A DNA stretch of 29,563 nucleotides from Utricularia gibba (lineage: Eukaryota; Plantae; Magnoliophyta). The position numbers and the translations under genes were made by a program. Below the pieces are notes generated by a model. That model was not told the origin of the DNA and searched no databases. It was given only the letters and a program-made list of their open reading frames with translations. Positions within the stretch are counted from its first letter, which is position 1, and every line of letters starts with the position of its first letter. The stretch covers positions 1 to 29,563 of the forward strand of contig NEEC01000117.1 of assembly GCA_002189035.1 (NCBI GenBank). The letters run 5' to 3'. Shown here piece by piece: positions 27,141 through 29,563 of the stretch.

Positions 27141-28409
27141 ATGAAGTTCTTCTGGAACGGATCTAACATCACGACCCAGAAGATCACCTGGGTGGCATGG
27201 GGACAAATCACTAATTCCTATGAGATAGGGGGTCTGAATTACTTTGCAAGTGTCGAATATTTCACTGCTAGTCAAGTGGTGGCGGCGGCTTATGGAGACG
27301 GGTGGTACTATCCATCTATGTCGAGGAGGTGGACTCAATTGCAAATGGGTTCTAGAGTACGTACTACTACATGGGGGAGGATAGTATCTATTTCGGCAAC
27401 TATAAAAAAAGATTGGCCAACCATTGACATTAATAGGTGGTTCAAACACACATGGGGGGACGGATCACAGGTCGTGTGTGGGAAGACTCTGGGATCTAGA
27501 GGGAGAGAGATCGTTTTCCAGAACTCTATAGGATAGTTTTGCATAGACAAGCTACACTAAGTGAAGCTTGAGAATGGGAGGCAGGGAATATTATGGAACA
27601 TTGATATCATAAGAGTTCCCTCCAACAGTCATGGAGGAAAGACTAGAATTTTTAGCAATGATTAGAGACTCAAAAAACGAGCGAGAAAACAACTCTTTGT
27701 TGCTGGACGATCACTGATCAGGAGCAAGATTTGTCCACTTTAGTGAGGAGTGCACAACCCACAATATCAAGGAGCTTCTTAGACCTCCAAGAGCACACAC
27801 GTCTCCCTCCATCCCACCCTTTTTTGGTAAGGAGTGGAACATGTATCCTATTAAAGTGAGGATTTTTGTGTGGCTATTAGCTCAAGAACAGTTGCCAACG
27901 AAACTGAACTTGATGGCAAGAGGGGTAGCATTGAGTGATGTTATGTGTAGTAAATGTCACAGGACAGAGGAGACTGGTCTACACATCGAGTTCCACTGCG
28001 GCGAAGCTCAAACATTATGGACTGATATATTCCACTGGCTGCAGTGTGATGTTCAAAATTGGGATGCTTCTAGATGGCATTCAAATATCCCAGCTCCATA
28101 TCACTCTACAGGTTTAAGGAGCGTCTGGAAGGTGGTGCTCGCTTCTACTCTATGGCTACAATAGAAGGCTCGGAATTATAATGTATTTAGTGAACATCAA
28201 GATGCGCATCTTCGATTGCAGGGGGTAAATTTGAGAGATGTACAAGTAATGGCATTATCATGGCTACAAGGGAGAACACGAAGGAAGCACATCCCAGCTT
28301 TCTTATGGCTTTGTAACCCCTTATTAGTGGGAGGCAGCGCCTAAAATATGTAATTTGTTCTCTCGTTTAAAAAAAAAAAATCAATTTAACAGTAAAAAAA
28401 AAAAAAAAA
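27141..28409 (+). mobile_element. 5'-truncated, degenerate L1-type non-LTR retrotransposon (C-terminal ORF2 with zf-RVT, plus poly-A)
   Basis: FFWNG...KITWVAW...IGGL, GDGS, RDRFPELY, and zf-RVT PIKVRIFVWLL...LPTKLNL..RG...CSKC...ETGLHI...C..A..LW, all typical of plant L1 ORF2, with stops and frameshifts. A12 at 28369-28380 and A16 at 28394-28409. Flanked by ctaccaattacta (27128-27140) and ctacctagtacta (28410-28422), an 11/13 match. Confidence 0.9.
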
Positions 28410-28422
28410 CTACCTAGTACTA

Positions 28423-29040
28423 CTACCCGTGAGGAAGACAACAGATCCCTCAGAAACATCCATTCCGATGAACCCATAACAACAGCAACTGATAGTCGGA
28501 TAACCTGAGAGACAGTGCCAAAGTGACTCCTCCAGTCTAGTCCTTAGTGTTACTGCTGCTTATTCTGTTTTTGTGAAAGTGTAATCTTGAATTTTCAACC
28601 ATTTCGAGCCACCCAAATGCAGGATAAAGGAGAAAACAACTCGGACACAAGTATGATCCAAGGAATATTGAGACCAGAAAGTTTTCTTCAGGGCTCACGT
28701 GCAGGAACTTGTTGGTCAAAAGTTAGTCATTCCTCTTCAAAACCATCTCCTCTCCTTTCTCTTAGGACTGTTATCTTTCAAGAATTCTGAGATCCGATTT
28801 CCAGATTCGATCCTGGATGGGAGAAGATTCGCCTATTGTTTTGAGAAAAAACAATGGGAAACAGTCGAAGGAAAACCCTCGCTGCATCGGATTAAACTAC
28901 GCTGGCCAAGGAGCTTGGAGCAACTGTTATTAGCTTCGTCTGTGTATTTCAGTTTCTGGGATCCCGAGGAAGAAGACGTTGTGCCCAAACCCCACGCCGA
29001 CTTCAAAACATGGAAAAATAATCACATGCTGAATTTTTGA
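28423..29040 (-). other. Unidentified gene-like segment, copy 2
   Basis: Close paralog of 22915-23530 with different stop codons (e.g. MVENSRLHFHKNRISSSNTKD*). Confidence 0.3.
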
Positions 29041-29563
29041 TTGAATATATGTGTTTGGCAACAAGAATATTTTAATATCTTATGGTTTATCTCCTTTTTT
29101 TCATATACCAAATATTGAGAATTTCTAAAAAAACATGTTAAATATTTTAATAGTGCATTCCTTTGTATTACTAGCTTTTCAACCAAGCGTGATGACCAAT
29201 TATGCGAATCAACGATTCCTTTCATACACGTAGAAATAAAGCTAACCTGTCTAATCTAAAGATGAGATTTGTTTTAATTGGTTTTATTTTATATCGATTT
29301 GTTTGAATATATATAAAAAGGAGTAAGATTATATTTATATATATATATTGATAAGAAAATACATACACATTCTCATGTGGATTTAAAACCATATACACAC
29401 AATTATTCTCATTTAGATTTGAAAGACCAAAAACTTGACATGTGATTATATGTACAAAAGTGTAATTTTATGATAAAAAAATGAAAGGTATAATAGTTTC
29501 AAAGTGTATTATAAAAAATAAATATGTTTTGATAATTATGTATGTTCGGTAAAAGTATTATCA

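Larger units (their letters stand above)
26556..29563 (+). repeat. Copy 2 of the direct duplication, interrupted by a LINE and running off the window end
   Basis: 26556-27127 aligns to 22254-22727 and 28423-29563 aligns to 22914-24410, minus the MULE. It has an extra ~107 bp at about 26672-26778 and lacks about 185 bp matching 22728-22913. Confidence 0.92.

Noticed and set aside
22254-29563. Direct repeats as the LTRs of a non-autonomous retroelement carrying the RING gene
   Set aside because: No TG...CA termini, PBS or PPT visible, and the junction cuts a host gene, which fits tandem duplication better. It cannot be fully excluded without the right flank.

Overview
Gene-dense, AT-rich angiosperm nuclear DNA (short GT-AG introns, probably a compact eudicot genome), with no prokaryotic, CRISPR, rRNA or tRNA features. 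I spliced the genes by hand. In order: SF3B5 (-), a 13-exon NDR-family AGC kinase (-), a 7-exon PMT/DUF248 methyltransferase (-), an ALOG/LSH transcription factor (-), an ARM-repeat protein (+), an ADF6-type actin-depolymerizing factor (+), a small ERF with an EDLL motif and divergent AP2 domain (-), an intronless RING-H2 (-) and a 3'-truncated PRP/PH-family gene (+). The NDR and ALOG genes each lack exactly one base in a G/C run, which most likely reflects homopolymer consensus errors. The right third is structurally dynamic. A ~2.2-kb block (22254-24410) recurs in direct orientation from 26556 to the window end, and its junction cuts the PRP-like gene. Copy 1 carries a 360-bp Mutator-like element (9-bp TSD, ~100-bp TIRs; empty site in copy 2). 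Copy 2 carries a 5'-truncated L1 LINE (poly-A, diverged 13-bp TSD). I found no clearly new biological system. The best leads are the inferred tandem duplication, the atypical ERF DNA-binding domain and an unidentified duplicated gene-like segment.
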